This document shows positions 61,801 to 64,000 of a stretch of 64,000 bases of DNA, piece by piece. The translations under genes and the position numbers were made by a program. The stretch covers positions 3,168,001-3,232,000 of the forward strand of contig OY761556.1 in NCBI GenBank assembly GCA_963664705.1, written 5' to 3'. Position 1 is the first letter of the stretch. Each line of letters begins with the position of its first letter. The stretch comes from Acidobacteriota bacterium (GTDB taxonomy: Bacteria; Acidobacteriota; UBA6911). The notes beneath the pieces are model-generated. The model was not told where the DNA came from. It worked only from the letters and a program-made list of their open reading frames with translations, and searched no databases.

Positions 61801-64000
61801 CAACCAGCGCATTGACCGCATCGATGGCCTGGTTGAGGTTGTTTTTGATTTCGTTGAAATCGCCATTGTAGTTGTCCGTGATCTTCGGCGGGATATCTCC
61901 CTTGGAAATCCGGTCGACATACTCGGCCGCCACATTCAGCGGACCAATCACCGCATCCAGCGTGTCATCGACGCCCTGGACGATCTTGCGATAATCTCCC
62001 TGGTGTTTGGTGGCATCGGCGCGCGTTGCCAGCTTGCCTTGGACCGCCGCCTGGGACAACATACCGGCATCCGCAACCAGCGCATTGACCGCATCGATGG
62101 CCTGGTTGAGGTTGTTTTTGATTCCATTGAAATCGCCATTGTAGTTGTCCGTGATCTTCGGCGGGATATCTCCCTTGGAAATCCGGTCGACATACTCGGC
62201 GGCAACATTCAGCGGACCAATCACCGCATCCAGCGTGTCATCGACTCCCTGGACGATCTTGCGGAAATCTCCCTGGTGTTTGGTAGCATCGGCTCGTGTA
62301 GCCAGCTTGCCTTCGACCGCCGCCTGGGACAACATACCAGCATCCGCAACCAGCGCATTGACCGCATCGATGGCCTGGTTGAGGTTGTTTTTGATTTCGT
62401 TGAAATCGCCATTGTAGTTGTCCGTGATCTTCGGCGGGATATCTCCCTTGGAAATCCGGTCGACATACTCGGCCGCCACATTCAGCGGACCAATCACCGC
62501 ATCCAGCGTGTCATCGACGCCCTGGACGATCTTGCGATAATCTCCCTGGTGTTTGGTGGCATCGGCGCGCGTTGCCAGCTTGCCTTGGACCGCCGCCTGC
62601 GACAACATACCGGCATCCGCAACCAGCGCATTGACCGCATCGATGGCTTGGTTGAGGTTGTTTTTGATTCCATTGAAATCGCCATTGTAGTTGTCCGTGA
62701 TCTTCGGCGGGATATCTCCTTTGGAGATTCGATCGACATACTCGGCGGCAACATTCAGCGGACCAATCACCGCATCCAGCGTGTCATCGACTCCCTGGAC
62801 GATCTTGCGGAAATCTCCCTGGTGTTTGGTAGCATCGGCTCGTGTAGCCAGCTTACCTTCGACCGCCGCCTGGGACAACATACCGGCATCCGCAACCAGC
62901 GCATTGACCGCATCAATGGCCTGGTTGAGGTTGTTTTTAATTTCGTTGAAATCGCCATTGTAGTTGTCGGTGATCTTCGGCGGGATATCTCCCTTGGAGA
63001 TTCGATCGACGTACTCCGCCGCCACATTCAGCGGGCCAATAACAGAATCCAGCGTTTCGTTCACACCCTGCACTATCTTGCGATAATCACCATGATGCTT
63101 CGTAGCGTCGGCACGCGTTGCCAGCTTGCCTTCAACCGCGGCTTTCGCCAGCATTCCGGCATCGCCAACAAGGCTATTGACCGCATCGATACATTGATTC
63201 AGATTATCTTTGATAGCGTTGAAATCGCCGTTATAACTATCGGTGATCTTCGCGGGAATCTCGCCTCTCGAGATCTGGTCGACATATTTCGCGGCAACAT
63301 TCAGCGGGCCGATGACTGCATCCAGGGTATCATCGACGCCCTGGACAATCTTTCGAAAGTCCCCCTGGTGTTTTGACGCATCCGCACGGGTCGCAAGCTT
63401 CCCTTCAACGGCGGCTCTTGAGAGCATGCCTGCGTCGGCAACCAATGCGCTGACAGCGTCAATGCACTGATTGAGGTTGTTTTTGATTTCGTTAAAATCA
63501 CCATTATAGCTATCCGTGATCTTCGGCGGGATATCGCCCTTCGAAATCCTGTCTACATATTCTGCCGCAACATTCAGCGGACCGATAACGGAATCCAGAG
63601 TATCATTGACGCCCTGGACGATCTTCCGATAATCGCCCTGGTGCTTCGATGCATCCGCGCGTGTCGCCAGTTTTCCCTCTACCGCAGCCTTGGCGAGCAT
63701 GACGGCATCCGCGACAAGCGCATTCACCACATCGACGCAACGATTCAGATTGTTTTTGATTTCATTGAAATCGCCGTTATAACTATCGGTGATCTTCGCG
63801 GGGATATCGCCCGTTGATATCTGATCGACATATTTCGCGGCGACATTCAGAGGTCCGATTACCGCATCGAGCGTGTCATTAACTCCCTGGACTATCTTGC
63901 GATAGTCACCCAGGTGTTTGGTGGCATCGGCTCTGGTTGAAAGCTTTCCATCAACAGCCGCTTTGGACAGCATGCCCGCATCGGCCACAAGGTTATTGAC
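58838..64000 (-). CDS. Giant methyl-accepting chemotaxis protein with poly-HAMP array (5' end outside window)
   Basis: Signalling hairpin [30 protein letters not shown]; 15 tandem 91-aa units; C-terminal EFEKY; frame open to the window edge. Confidence 0.95.
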   Translation of the reverse strand, partial: VNNLVADAGMLSKAAVDGKLSTRADATKHLGDYRKIVQGVNDTLDAVIGPLNVAAKYVDQISTGDIPAKITDSYNGDFNEIKNNLNRCVDVVNALVADAVMLAKAAVEGKLATRADASKHQGDYRKIVQGVNDTLDSVIGPLNVAAEYVDRISKGDIPPKITDSYNGDFNEIKNNLNQCIDAVSALVADAGMLSRAAVEGKLATRADASKHQGDFRKIVQGVDDTLDAVIGPLNVAAKYVDQISRGEIPAKITDSYNGDFNAIKDNLNQCIDAVNSLVGDAGMLAKAAVEGKLATRADATKHHGDYRKIVQGVNETLDSVIGPLNVAAEYVDRISKGDIPPKITDNYNGDFNEIKNNLNQAIDAVNALVADAGMLSQAAVEGKLATRADATKHQGDFRKIVQGVDDTLDAVIGPLNVAAEYVDRISKGDIPPKITDNYNGDFNGIKNNLNQAIDAVNALVADAGMLSQAAVQGKLATRADATKHQGDYRKIVQGVDDTLDAVIGPLNVAAEYVDRISKGDIPPKITDNYNGDFNEIKNNLNQAIDAVNALVADAGMLSQAAVEGKLATRADATKHQGDFRKIVQGVDDTLDAVIGPLNVAAEYVDRISKGDIPPKITDNYNGDFNGIKNNLNQAIDAVNALVADAGMLSQAAVQGKLATRADATKHQGDYRKIVQGVDDTLDAVIGPLNVAAEYVDRISKGDIPPKITDNYNGDFNEIKNNLNQAIDAVNALVADAGMLSKAAVEGKLATRADASKHQGDFRKIVQGVDDTLDAVIGPLNVAAEYVDRISKGDIPPKITDNYNGDFNEIKNNLNQAIDAVNALTGDAGMLAKAAVEGKLATRADATKHQGDFRKIVQGVNDTLDSVIGPLNVAAEYVDRISKGDIPPRITDNYNGDFNEIKNNLNNCIDIMNNLLGEAAQVITAAADGALDKRANADLFVGGWKQLVSGINEIITNIVNPLMVTADYVDKVSKGVIPPQITDTYKGQYNVIKSNLNAVVKMMSELLAETDKIIKAAADGELDKRADAALFVGGWNKLVSGVNDTITNIVNPLMVTAQYVDKISKGDIPSKITDNYKGQYNIIKTNLNNCIDAVNALVGDAGVLAKAAVDGKLATRADAGKHQGDYRKIVQGVNDTLDSVIGPLNVAAEYVDRISKGDIPPKITDSYNGDFNEIKNNLNQAIDAVNALVADAGMLSKAAVEGKLATRADATKHQGDFRKIVQGVNDTLDAVIGPLNVAAEYVDRISKGDIPPKITDRYNGDFNEIKNNLNQCIDAVNALVADADMLAKAAVDGKLATRADAGRHQGDYRRIVQGVDDTLDAVIGPLNVAANYVDRISKGDMPGKITDNYNGDFNTIKNNLNVLIDAQNEITHVAEEIAGGELTVTVKDRSEQDKLMQALARMLGKLTEVVTNVQGVADQVAMGSQDMNVRSEQVSQGATEQAASAEEVSSSMEQMTSNIMQNADNAQQTEKIAIKSAEDAKEGGQAVTETVAAMKEIANKISIIEEIARQTNMLALNAAIEAARAGEHGKGFAVVAAEVRRLAERSQQAAGEINRLSASSVQVAERAGDMLSKIVPAIQKTASLVQEINAASGEQKNGADQINKAIQQLDQVIQQNASASEEMASTARELTSQAERLQSEVAFFRTENTNGGGARTKAVKPQHASAPLSAGRGKPAASTLHAKESGAGLKSKPVGKPAGISLEMSDSKGKSEARDSEFEKY
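59897..63991 (-). repeat. Intragenic tandem array of 15 x 273-bp units
   Basis: Unit consensus [84 protein letters not shown], counted 15 times. Confidence 0.93.

Noticed and set aside
58775-63376. Long plus-strand ORFs (794 aa, 548 aa) and periodic 86-90 aa ORFs
   Set aside because: These are antisense or alternate-frame shadows of the repetitive MCP gene; their periodicity simply mirrors the 273-bp unit.
59897-63991. Tandem array as CRISPR or a diversity-generating element
   Set aside because: Units are in-frame coding repeats without unique spacers; no cas, reverse transcriptase or recombinase gene is present.

Overview
Gene-dense bacterial chromosomal window with about 50 CDS. I found no tRNA, rRNA, CRISPR, transposase or phage genes. 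It is probably from an Acidobacteriota-like diderm; this is inferred from two Acidobacterial-type VWA proteins and kdsB/waaA. In order, it contains: pbpC; an Hpt + receiver pair; acnA; kdsB-waaA-nudix-murI; a FadE24/FadE23-like acyl-CoA dehydrogenase pair with a NadQ/NrtR-type regulator; an S9 peptidase; a cytoplasmic molybdopterin oxidoreductase module (C-GCAxxG-C-C protein, catalytic subunit, 4Fe-4S subunit); a divergent ICL/PEP-mutase + cyclase pair; a CusABC-like metal efflux cluster; cysK-cysE and a SAM-I riboswitch-controlled metB; a homogentisate operon (acyl-CoA ligase, hppD, hmgA, unknown gene, fahA); a pectin/hemicellulose esterase cluster; and the 3' end of a chemotaxis operon with a giant poly-HAMP chemoreceptor. 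Best new observation: a 34-codon, apparently leaderless ORF with Cys-Cys-Cys (31600-31704), absent from the supplied ORF track. It lies directly downstream of a near-consensus promoter and upstream of cysK-cysE and overlaps alternative RNA hairpins, making it a candidate cysteine-sensing attenuator outside Actinobacteria. Second: an unknown gene sits where maleylacetoacetate isomerase would be expected in the homogentisate operon. All family calls come from motif recognition; no searches were run.
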